From Euglena gracilis (taxonomy: Eukaryota), in contig CP154954.1 of NCBI GenBank assembly GCA_039621445.1, positions 13,076,716-13,140,715 of the forward strand: a DNA stretch of 64,000 bases, written 5' to 3'. A model generated the notes under the pieces. That model saw nothing but the letters and a program-made list of their open reading frames with translations, did not search any database and was not told the origin of the DNA. Shown piece after piece: positions 13,289 through 24,015 of the stretch (position 1 is the first letter of the stretch; every line of letters starts with the position of its first letter). The translations under genes were made by a program, and so were the position numbers.

Positions 13289-15773
13289 GTCATACCGCGT
13301 TTGCATTTACGTGTGTTGAACAATCACGGCCAAATGTCCGCTTCCGGACCACTTTGAGAAATCTGCCAATCTGCTCCCACCCAGCTATCCAACTTGTTTT
13401 TGATGCCTCCCATTCACAAGGAGGAATCGATGCAGTTTTAAAGCAACGAAGGGTGTTTGATCAAATGAGTTTTGCACAAAACGTCTTTTTCTGTTGCCAC
13501 CAGTGCAGGTAGCGACGAGGGCAGGCATCCAATTGTTGTTTTTTTTAGTTTCGTCCAGGACTTTCGCCATTCTTCAAAGTGGCTTTTACTCCACCCTGGG
13601 GTGGTGTTAACTGACTGATTTTCAATACTGTTGGCTGGATTTCTAAAATTCTGGATTATAACCACGACTGGTTGTATAAATAACAATAACCGCAAAGGAT
13701 ATATGGGAAGCCTGGAAGTGTAAGGCTTCAGATACCATGCAAGGCAGAGAAATCTCATCTTATCTCCAATGTATGTATGAAGAATATTTTGGAAACAATT
13801 TAAAAAATGAAAGATAAAGAAGGTGGTGAGGAAGTATTGAGTTTGTTGTTAGTTTTCCTGAACAACCAGTTTTTTTATCTGAATTAAAAATATCTCAAAT
13901 TATTTTCATATCTGTCAAGTGAAAAAGTTTCACTTTTTTTGCATGCCTGTATTTGCAATTTTTAATTAATTTTCAGTTCGATCCATACCCGAACCGATTT
14001 TCAGGGAATCCCCCTGGGGGTTCTGGGCCCTCGACCCCTCCCCTTCCAAGTTGGAGAAGCCTGTTGTTTACATCCGGGAAAAAAGCCATTGTATTTATAT
14101 AGGTTTGCAACCCTCCTATTGGGCTTGGTGCCATTTGGCCCCCAAAAAAATGGAAACAAAAGGCAGAACATCCTGCCACGTACATTTTATGTTGGCACTG
14201 TTGTTGGTACAGCTGTTTTTTTTTTTTTGAAATTATACCGTACGCTGTCTCCTCCCGCTAAGCAGTCGCCCGGTCAGGGAAGACAGCCTGCAGCCACCTT
14301 CTCTCTCGGCCAGTGGCCGACCCGAACCGCCGCTGCCCCCGCCGGCCCTGCTAGCCGGCCGGGCGGCGGAGCCTGCAGCCGTGCAGTCGTGTCGTGGTCC
14401 TCCGCAGTCTTTGGCTCGTGCTCGCCGGGTGCAGGGATGTATGGAGAGTCCTTCATTTTGGAGGGAGGTGATGCACCCCCTTCCTTGGCAGGTTCCAAAA
14501 TGGCGAATTTTTTATCCGGTATGCAGCGCCGTAAAATGAAAACATTTGCCTTGTTTCTCACTTTCACGCATGTTTCACATTTTTTGATCCTTTGGGTATT
14601 TTCCACGTGAAAAAAATGTTCAAATATTTTTAAAAATTCAGTTTTTTTTGGATTTGCTCTCAAGAGAAAAATAATGATTTTCAAACAATTTTGGCCTGCT
14701 TTCATTGAAACCTTCCACAAACCCAAAAGTTTTTCCCAGCCTCCTTCAGTTTCAAGGTCAGGGGAGGGGACCGACCCAAACCCCCGCTTGTTGGTCCACC
14801 CTGTCCCCTCCCCAGGACCACCAAAATTCTGGTCTGTGCCACCTCCCTTCTGGTTGACTCCCTCCCAAATTTATATGCCCTCCATTGTCCAAGGCACAAA
14901 TGGGCATTTGCTGTAGTCATTTTTTAGTAGACATTTTGTAGTCATTTTTATTTTATGGCATTGTTCCGTTGACGCAAGCATGTCGTTCCCCCTATCAACG
15001 TCCCCTTCTTTGAACGGTGCCACGTGTTCAACAGGGTCTTTTCTCTTTTTTTTTGTCTCTTTTCGTTGTGTTGCATTTACATAGTCTCTCCAAACTTCGG
15101 CAGCTATTTTTATTTTTAATTTTTGGCTCTTTGGGTTTGGCCCATATATTCGGATGCCCATGTGTATCTACATACATTGCACATGGTATCGAAATGTGCT
15201 TTCTATCTTGCGTCTGGCAGAGGGATGGCGGGGGGCACAAAACCGGATACAGTCCAGACAAAAAGGATTGGAGACAAAAATTACGGGAAGCCACACCGAT
15301 TTTCCCATAATTTTTATCCTGCGTTTTTTGTCCAGCCTACGCCCTTTGGGGGAGTCAAACTCACGGGTAGGGGTGATCAATGTTCACACTCAAAAGGACG
15401 GGTTTATGTAACGTTGCCAATTTTTGGGGTTTGTAATATAAAAAAAAAGTCACCAGATAATCATTTTGTCCGTTATCTGGGAATTGGAGTTGGTTTTTTG
15501 CCAATATTTCAAATGAATTTTGAATTCAAATGAATCACCATTTTCCCTGAAATTTTCGAAATTTCCCATATTCTTTCCCAAATCAAAATTTTCTCATGAT
15601 TCTCAGTACAAACCAAGTGGAAATTTGTCTGTCCCTTTTGTCTGCACCTGATCAACTCAGAAACACTATGATCAGGTGAAAGACATCACTGGTACTGAGA
15701 ATGTTTTGGTCAACAATTTGCAGAAAGCCCCACACCCAGGCAGACAAAAGGTGAAACGGGGTGCAAAGACAAA

Positions 15774-15817
<44 letters not shown>

Positions 15818-16156
15818 CACAAAACACAACACATGAGCGCGACACACACACACACACACACATTCACTCATTCACTCACTCAATCACTCACTCACTCACA
15901 CTCACTCACTCACACACACCTGTGCACGTGCGTTCGACGATAAGTATGCAGCTATTCTCGCCAATTTTATTTTACACAGTGCGCTGGATATGCCGCTGTG
16001 GTGGTACAAAATGGCACTGATGCCAGATGCCAGATTCCAGAATGGTACCATGGAGGAAGTTGATGCTGAAATGTGCCAAACAGCAGGTGGGTCGTTACAC
16101 CTTGAAGTGTGTAGGCTGAAAAATATCCGTTTGAGCAAGTCAATTTGTCGTCCGTT

Positions 16157-16380
<224 letters not shown>

Positions 16381-16642
16381 TTATTTTTTGAAAATCACCT
16401 TCCCAATTGGCCATCATCTCCTTTGTGTTTTGCTCCACACAGCTCCTTCTCTTCCTCGATGGGCAAGAATTCCAACAACCTTCTCGCGATGGACTTGAAA
16501 TTCCCCTCTTTCGACCTGGAGACTGAGTCCCCGAAGTTCGTTCAGGCAGCCTGCTGCGTCGATGGCCCAGGGAAAGAAGTGCACAGAATTGCTGTTGGCC
16601 GGATTGATTGGTACGCAGCCTTGGAAAAACTCAGTTCACCAC

Positions 16643-17014
16643 CAGGGATTTTTTTTGGGGTCGTGGACCCCCGGGGGGGGGGGAGGGTGGGTGGGTCCGG
16701 CCGACCCCCCCCCCCCCCAAGGGGTCCCCCCCCAGAAGGGGTGGGATGTATTTTTCGGCACCCAAAATTTTTGATAAAGGTGCTAGTTTTGGCATTTTTT
16801 TCGATTTTTTGGCCCTTTTCAGGGAAAAGTGGGTGGGTCGGTGCTTGGTGCAGACCTCCCGTTCAAGGCCATCCCTTTCCAAATCAACATCCACCTTCAG
16901 GAATAATATGAAGCAAAAATTATCCAAACCTTTCAGCTGAAGTGGTGAACACCGGTTTTTTTTTTAAGACCGGGCGGTCCTTTTACCCACCCACCCCCTG
17001 GGGGGGGCCGGGTC
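16643..17014. mobile_element. hAT-like MITE (family B) whose right end and flank are inverted
   Basis: TTCACCAC|CAGGGATTTT at the left. GTGGTGAA|CACCGGTTTTTTTTTTAAGACCGG at 16942 is the reverse complement of the right end plus TSD. Confidence 0.75.
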
Positions 17015-17668
17015 GCTGATGCTGCTGTGTGATGCTGGGCGATGCTGGAATTTTTTGGACGGTTTTGAAGGAGTAAACCCATTTTTGGGATAAATAAGCA
17101 ATCATTTCCAAATCTCTAGCAAGGCCCACAAAAGGAGAAAAATGACCCAAACTGACCAAAATTGCATAAACGTGCTCATGTTGACCCAAATTTACCCAAT
17201 ATTTGCCCAAACATTCACAAAATGGCCCCCAAATCTGCCCAAAAATTACACCAAAATAGCAAAAAATGGGTTGTTAATATTTTTGGACCTTTTTGGTTAT
17301 TTCGTGCCATTATAGTTCAGTTGGTTGCTTTTTGGTGGATGCAGATACTGTATTGGCCAACTGAGTGGTGTTAAAGGGGCCCAAAGCCGCCAAAAGTTGC
17401 CAGAAAACAATTAAAAGCAATCAAAAAGCATATCTAATAGTGGCTGCAAGCTCAAATGTGGGAGACACAAGAAACCCAGCCACCCATGCCCACCCACCCA
17501 AAATCCAGCCGAAATCGGCCGAACCCCCTCAGAAAATCTGGTGCACCCCCACCCTGGGGGGGGGTCCAACCTCAACCTCAGGCTTCAACCCACACACCCA
17601 CTCTCAAAAGGGGGTGGGTCACACCGATACAGAGGTGGGTGTCTGATCAAACCGATAAACGTGCGGGT

Positions 17669-17815
17669 GGGGCGTGGCGGCCTGCGCCGCCGGCCACCCC
17701 ACCGGGCCGTGGCAGGCGCCCGGCGAGGCGTACGTCAACCGCTCCAGCAAGCTGCAGCACTGCCACTTCAACTCCTTCTTCGCCGCCGCGCACGGCCTCC
17801 GCCGCAGTCTGCACC
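17669..17815 (+). CDS. Exon (VAACAAGHPTGPWQAPGEAYVNRSSKLQHCHFNSFFAAAHGLRRSLH)
   Basis: Very high GC3 island. The 3' end is set by the predicted nonconventional intron. The 5' end is approximate. Confidence 0.65.
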
Positions 17816-18215
17816 GCCCACGGCTCGTGCGGTGTTGCCAATTGCTGTTTGTGTGTAGCGGATCGGTTTGCCACTTCGGAAATCTAAACCTTTTTTTTTT
17901 AAGAAAAACTCTAACCTCCCCTTAGTATAATGTATAATATATATATATATGTATATATATATATGTATATATATATATGTATATATATGTGTATATATAT
18001 GTATATATGTATATATATGTATATATACATATATATATATAATATATTATATATATATTATATATATATATATATATTATAAAGTAGTGTGTATATATAG
18101 TATATATATAATAAAGTATAATGCCCCCCCCCGGCGTTATATTTGGGGGGAAATCAAATTTTTTGAGGTGTCCTCTTTCGGCCGAAGTCAAATAAAGTCC
18201 ATGAGCCGTGCCCGC
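17816..18215 (+). other. Predicted nonconventional (euglenid-type) intron
   Basis: Starts GCC-CACGGCTCGTG and ends CATGAGCCGTG-CCCGC|A. The stem starts exactly at +4/-6 (11 bp including one G-U pair), with R at +1 and Y|R at the 3' junction. Joins in frame as LH-Q-STPVEE. An in-frame GT-AG alternative also exists. Confidence 0.55.
17925..18120. repeat. (TA)n-rich microsatellite
   Basis: Seen directly. Confidence 0.95.
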
Positions 18216-18358
18216 AGTCCACGCCGGTGGAGGAGGTGCTGCGGGTGGTGGGGGCGGGGCTGCGGTACCTCGCCCGCGCCCGGCTGTGGCTGCGGGTGCT
18301 GCGCGCCTTCCGGGCGGAGGGCTGCGTGCGGCGCGTGCCGCGGCTGCTGGGGCCGAAG
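18216..18358 (+). CDS. Exon (STPVEEVLRVVGAGLRYLARARLWLRVLRAFRAEGCVRRVPRLLGPK)
   Basis: Near-100% GC3, followed by AAG|GTGCGC. Confidence 0.7.
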
Positions 18359-18692
18359 GTGCGCCGTCGGGCAGGGCTGCCCGCTGTCCCCATGCGGTGT
18401 GACTGTACTAAACTTTGTGGGCCATCTGGCCTCCAAAATTGCCAATGTCTGCGAAACCGTTGCAAAGAAAAAGACCCACAAGGGCGGTTTTGGATTTTCA
18501 AAAAATTTCTAAATTTCCGAAAAATCATCACCCCTCAAATAATGCCCCCCAGGAGGGACTTCGGGCGAGAAAACAATGCCCCGAGGGTATTATTTTGGGG
18601 GGTCTACTGTGTGCACGGCGGTTGCAGAAGTGCTGCAGTGCTGGTCTGTATGCATGTGTTACATGTATGTATGTGTGTATGTATGTATGCAT

Positions 18693-19118
18693 CAGGCTTC
18701 TTTTTTTGACCCCCCGGGGGGTCCCCACCCACCCACCCAGGGTGGCGCGGGACCCCCCCGGGGGGCGGGGACCCCCCCAAAATTGGGCCCGTTAAAGGCA
18801 ATTTTCAAAGTTCAAAAGGTATACCCGGCACCTCCGGCGCGGGACACCCCCCCCGGCCCGGACCCACACCCCCCTCCCCCGGGGGGGGGGGGGGTCACAC
18901 CAACCACACAAGGTGAGTGTATGTCCCTACAGCGCTGGAATTACACCAGAGTTACTCACCCGACCAGGGGGAGCAACAAAAGAGGACTGGTGTAAGGGGT
19001 CCCTGGCCACTCACCACGCAGCAAACTGGGCCAGAAGCGAAGTTAGCGCCGGCCATAAACAAACAAGAAGCCTTAGTGCAACTAAGGGGGGGGGTCAGGT
19101 GACTTAAAAAGAAACCTG
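18693..19118. mobile_element. hAT-like MITE inserted in a (GTAT)n tract
   Basis: TIR CAGGCTTCTTTTT/AAAAAGAAACCTG, perfect TSD GTATGCAT. Confidence 0.8.
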
Positions 19119-19393
19119 GTATGCATGTATGTTTGCATGTATGTTTGTGTATGTTTCGGTATGTCTGTATGTATGCATGTACGTTTGTATGTATGTATGT
19201 ATGCATGTATGCATGTATGTATGTTTGTATATGTATATGTATATGTAACGTAATAGTATATATGTAACGTAATATTATATATGATGCAATATAATATATG
19301 TTATATGTACATGTTACTATTATGTGATTTCACCGCACCTCCTGGTGGAGATTAGATAGCCGTTGCGCACATCCTCGCGCCGCCCTGGGCCCC

Positions 19394-19593
19394 AACACGC
19401 CGCCTGCACGCGGCAGTGGCTGGCCGCCTGGACGGCCGCCGACGCAGATCCCCCCGGCGTCGGCAGCGGCGCGCGGGAGAGGGCCGCGCTGGGGACGTCG
19501 GGGCGCGGCCTGCCGCCGCCCGGCACGCCCACCTCGGCGCCCCGCGTCTCGCTGCCGGTCACCCCGGCGCTCGCGTGCGGCGCCGCTGAAGGC
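19394..19593 (+). CDS. Exon (HAACTRQWLAAWTAADADPPGVGSG...ALACGAAEG)
   Basis: High-GC3 frame. Candidate donor GGC|GTGCAG. The 5' boundary is uncertain. Confidence 0.65.
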
Positions 19594-20018
19594 GTGCAGC
19601 ACGGTTGGGGCGCTTGGGGCAGTGGCACGTGGCCAATGTCACAGTTTCCCAACGCCAGTTTTGTTTGACTTTAATTCTGCTTGGTTACTGCCCCCACTTG
19701 TCAATGGCGCACACCCCGTGTCAACCACATTTTCCCCGTGCTGCGTGTCAAGGTGCAGACGTATTCCTGACCATGTGTGCATTCCACTACACAACAGTTC
19801 TGTTCTTTTATCGTTCCCATTTTGACACAAAAAACTTGATTTTGTAAAATAAAAGATTTTTGTGTTTTGATGTCTCCACAGCAGAACTGATTCCGACTGA
19901 CAATTCAGTGTATTGTAGTGTCTTTGGTTTTTTTCACCCCCCCCCCCGTCAATTGTCAGCCCACCCCTGACACCTGGCATTTACAGCTTACATCGCGCCA
20001 AACTCACCCACCCCCCAG

Positions 20019-20196
20019 CGGCGCCGCACCGCCAGGGGGCAGGTGCTGTGGGAGCTGTACTGGCTGCTGCGGGCCCAGCACCAGCTGCGGCTGACGCGGC
20101 ACTGGGCCGCGTGGATGAAGCTCATGGCGCGCCGCGCGGCCCTCCGCTGGCACGCCCCGCGCCGCGGCCTTCCCGCCAACAACCTCCGGCAGTTTG
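20019..20196 (+). CDS. Exon (RRRTARGQVLWELYWLLRAQHQLRLTRHWAAWMKLMARRAALRWHAPRRGLPANNLRQF)
   Basis: Acceptor ccccccAG in phase 0 with the previous donor. High GC3. Confidence 0.7.
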
Positions 20197-22006
20197 AAGC
20201 ACGGGGCACCCCCCAGGCTGTACGGGAACTGTATGGGGTCCATAAAAGGACCGAGCCCCCCCCCCTCTCCCCCAGCCCTTCCCATATTTTTGGGCTTGCG
20301 CGGTGCTGAGGCGGTGGGGGGGGCAGGGAGTTTTGAAACATTGGACCCCCTGGGGGGGTTGGGTTGGTGGGTATGCTGGACCCCCTCCCCCTACCCGGGG
20401 GGTACCCCAAAGGCCTTTTGGTCCCCTGCCAAAGGAGGGTGTTTGGCCATTTTTGGCTTTTTTAATTTTAACCCTAAATCGGCCTCCAAAAATGGGTCCC
20501 TTGGACCCCCCCGAGTGGGGGCAGTGGGTACCCCAGGGCAGAACGGGAATCGGCCGAACAGCCAGGGTGTTGGGGGGGGGGGGGTCGACCCCCCCCCCCA
20601 CCCCCTGCATGGTGGGTGGGAGGGGATCGACCCCCCCACCACCTCTTCCCATATTTCCGGGAGCACCAATTTTTGGGCCCGAAAAAATTTTTCCGGCGCC
20701 TTCGGCGCCGGGTGTTTTTTTTTTTGACCCATTTTGGGACCCATATAGGGGGGTCACTCCAAAAACCACCCAAAACCCCATTTTTTTCACACCTTCCAAA
20801 AATTCAATATTTTTCCAAAATGTTGATTTTGAGAGGTTTTTGAAGCAAAAAATGTCAAAAAAATTTTCAACGAGAAAAAATGTCAGTAAAATTTGATTGT
20901 ACCAAAATTTTGTCCACTTTTTTTGACCTTCGTTTTTTTTCGCCCCCCTCCTAAAAACTACCAATTTTTAACCCAGAATTTTTTGGGATTTTTTTGTGAG
21001 AAAAATGTGGTTTTCCATCAAAAATCATGTGTTTTGGGTTCATTTTTCAAAAAAATTCAAATTTTTTTCTGGCCTAAATACATTTTCCCGAAATCGGTGA
21101 AAATGCTGTGGTGGGTGGGGGGGGGTCGACCCACCCCCCCACCTCCCGGGTGGGGGGGGGGGGTCGACCCCCCCACCAGGCCTTCCCGTTCTGCCCTGGG
21201 GTACCCCCTGGTTGGGCCCCCAGTCTTAAACAGAGGGGGATATGCGGAGCGTATATTTTGCGCATATTTTGCATATTTAGCCCATATTCAGCATATTCCG
21301 AGGGTTTTCAGGATTTTTCATCCACATATTTTTCCCATTCCCGCACATTTTTTGCTTTTTTTTTGCATCGTGTTGGGGCCATTTTCAAAATACTTTAAGC
21401 CATTTGCTTTCATTTTCAACTTTTGGACATTTTTTAGTATTTTTGGGCCATTTTTGGCATTCTGAGCCACCACTGTTGGCCATTTCTGGTCTTTTTTTTT
21501 TTGGCCACTGTTGGCAAATCAGCTGTTCTTTTGGTCATTTGGGCCATTTCCATCGCAAAATCATGTTTATTTGCTGAAAATGGCCAAAATTGGATGAAAA
21601 TGGCCCAAGGGCCTTCAAACTAGTTTAAATGGCCCAAAAATGTTTCGAAAAGGTCGAAAATGGTCCGAAAGCCGCTGATCGTGGTGATTATGGGCTGGAA
21701 TGGCCCCAAAATGACCCAAGATGGCTTGAAATGACTTGCCGGTTGGGTCACCTGAACTTGTCCAAATATTGCCCGATCTGGAAGAATCGCACGTTTTCGC
21801 ATGTTTTTCTGCACATTTGGCGCACATTCCCGCATATTTTGCCTAATGGGCCTATTGGGGTGCGGGCTTTTAAGCAAATTCCCCCCCTGTCAAAAAAAAT
21901 CCTGGGGGGTCAGCCCCACCAGGCCTTCCCATCCCGCCGGGGCATACCTCAACACCGGCAATTACGGAAACCCTGTGTTGTGCCGACGATCCGTGTCCGT
22001 GTTGTT
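20197..22006 (+). other. Predicted nonconventional intron
   Basis: AAG-CACGGGGCAC ... GTGTCCGTG-TTGTT|G. Stem from +4/-6, R at +1, Y|R, in-frame join F-G-PGAARR. Confidence 0.5.
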
Positions 22007-22161
22007 GGCCTGGCGCAGCCCGCAGGGTAGACGCTGTACCGGGAGGGCCTGTCAGCGCGGCACTGGACTTCTGGGACGGGGAGGCGCAGTCGCTGCCCGC
22101 CGTCAACGCCGCGCTCTTTGTCCTCGCGCTGCAGGAGCCCCGCTTCAACTGGTGCCCACCG
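22007..22161 (+). CDS. Exon (PGAARRVDAVPGGPVSAALDFWDGEAQSLPAVNAALFVLALQEPRFNWCPP)
   Basis: Open, GC3-rich frame that is absent from the ORF track. The 3' end is approximate. Confidence 0.6.
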
Positions 22162-22413
22162 GTCGGCCGCCTGTGCCCCTCTCCATTTCAGGTGACCAGC
22201 ATGGTTTCGTGTGGTGCCGGACCTCTATCGCTAACCCTGAATATATTCTTCATAGTTTTGTTAATATATGCATGTTATTATAATGCATTATTTATGTTAT
22301 TATCACAAAGATTCAATGTTCAGGGTCGCTTTTGGGAGCGATTGTCGATCGAAAGCCCCAGTGTTTCATCCACCGGACAAGGTGCAGCGTCTTGAGTCAT
22401 AAGAGCAAAATCA

Positions 22414-22920
22414 GAGACGCTGAGTGTGAAAATGGATGGTTTGTGTTCGGAGTGCCGAGCGGTGGGCGGTGCCATGATGTGGGCAGCAGCCTGCCGCTCA
22501 AAGAACTCCGCCACCCAGGGCTCGGGGAGGGGGGTGGCAAACGAACAGCTCAACTCTCAACTCTCATTTGCTTGCTTTTCTCTGTTGCAAATTTCCTGCA
22601 CAAACATGCACAATCGTGGGCGTGCACACACACACAGCGAATTCTGTTGATGTATACAAACACACATATACAAGCACACGTGTAATCACAAGCATACACT
22701 CAGACACACACACAACACATGCACATACACACGCACGCGCAGGAACACACGCACAGACAGACAGACAGACACACACATGCAGACACATCCATCAATATCG
22801 ATTGGAAGTGTCGGGTGGGTGCTTTTCCAGCACGTTCATGTAACGTAGCCCGTTCCCTGCTGGCGCATCGCAGAGGCCCATCTGTACCCAGTGTGGAACC
22901 ACACCATGGCCCAGTGGCAG
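22414..22920 (+). CDS. Two probable exons (about 22414-22512 and 22865-22920) joined by predicted nonconventional intron 22513-22864
   Basis: Intron reads ACC-CAGGGCTCGGG ... CCCGTTCCCTG-CTGGC|G, with CAG at +4 and CTG at -8..-6. The join reads SLPLKELR-R-IAEAHLYPVWNHTMAQWQ. Confidence 0.55.
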
Positions 22921-23459
22921 GGTACCCAAACGACAACGGTCGCCAATTGTCCTGCTTTTCAGCTATTATTGTGCAGCCTGGCTTTGAAGTTTACTTTCTT
23001 TGACTTGGTCAAGTTCCTGAACGTCTGACTTGTATGGGCTTTCCGAGCCTTTTTTTTTCCTTCTCCCTCCAAAATATCTTCAAAATTGAGTGCCGAAGAG
23101 CTGTACGTGTTAAGGTTGCTACAGAAGTCAATTTTCTGCGGGTTAATGGGAGAATGCATTCAAAAACTAAAGAAAACACAGGAAGTCAAATTATGGGATA
23201 AAAAGTGCAGACAGTCAATATAGGAAATATTTCATTTTTAAAAAAGTCTTGCTTCTGGGTCATAAATTGCAGTGGGGGGGAAATCACAGGAAAAAATTTG
23301 GGTTGCTGTTCGTTTGGTGCTATTTTTTTGGCTACCATATTGGGATTGTATTATGAAACGAGCTTTATCGGGGGCACTGAGTCATCGAGCGGGGTTTTGT
23401 TTTCTGGGCATACCCTGTCGTAGGCACACCATATCATTGACAGACAAATCACCACCAAC

Positions 23460-23660
23460 CCACCAACCCACCCACCCACCCCCCCACCCACCCACCCACC
23501 CACCCACACACACACAACACACAACACACAACACACAACACACAACACACAACACACAACACACAAGACACAACACACACACACACACACACCACACCAC
23601 ACATACGCAACATACACACACAACACAACACACACACGCACACACACACACAACACACAC
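23460..23660. repeat. (CCCA)n/(CACAACA)n/(CA)n compound repeat
   Basis: Seen directly. Confidence 0.9.
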
Positions 23661-23837
23661 TGTCAATCACATTCCCGGCACACAACCTGGCACCATTCGC
23701 AGAAGTGCGGTTGCCTTGACACACTGTGTCAACGTCTCAATGTTGGCCCACAACCACGCCAGCCGCACCCCCCGGCCACAGCCTCGAACACAAGGGGGCG
23801 GGTCGGACCCCGCCAACACCCACCCCAAACCGTCCAG

Positions 23838-24015
23838 ACGGGGCCCTGGCGTGGGGTCGACCCGCGGCTGCCCCGGACCCTCCAGCGGGCGACGCCGACC
23901 GTCCTCGCGTTCCTCGCCTCCCCGCTCTGCACGGAGCCCGACTGGCTGTTGGAGCGCTGCCAGCGCCCAGTGCCCCTCATCCCGGAGTTCTCCCCGAAGC
24001 TGCTCACCGGCCGGG
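23838..24015 (+). CDS. Exon (TGPWRGVDPRLPRTLQRATPTVLAFLASPLCTEPDWLLERCQRPVPLIPEFSPKLLTG)
   Basis: Acceptor cgtccAG, high GC3. The 3' end is uncertain. Confidence 0.65.

Noticed and set aside
13300-13760. Minus-strand 'LHWWQQKK' resembling a hAT dimerisation domain
   Set aside because: The following SxxxERxFS motif is not recognisable and the frame is broken.
18366-19393. GGG-CAGGGC ... GCCCTG-GGCCCC as a nonconventional intron
   Set aside because: An in-frame join needs a one-base offset from the +4/-6 rule, and a good GT donor exists at 18359. Left unresolved.
20122-21465. 200-280 aa ORFs on both strands
   Set aside because: They arise from poly-G/C and poly-A/T runs in a repeat element within a predicted intron, with no codon bias.
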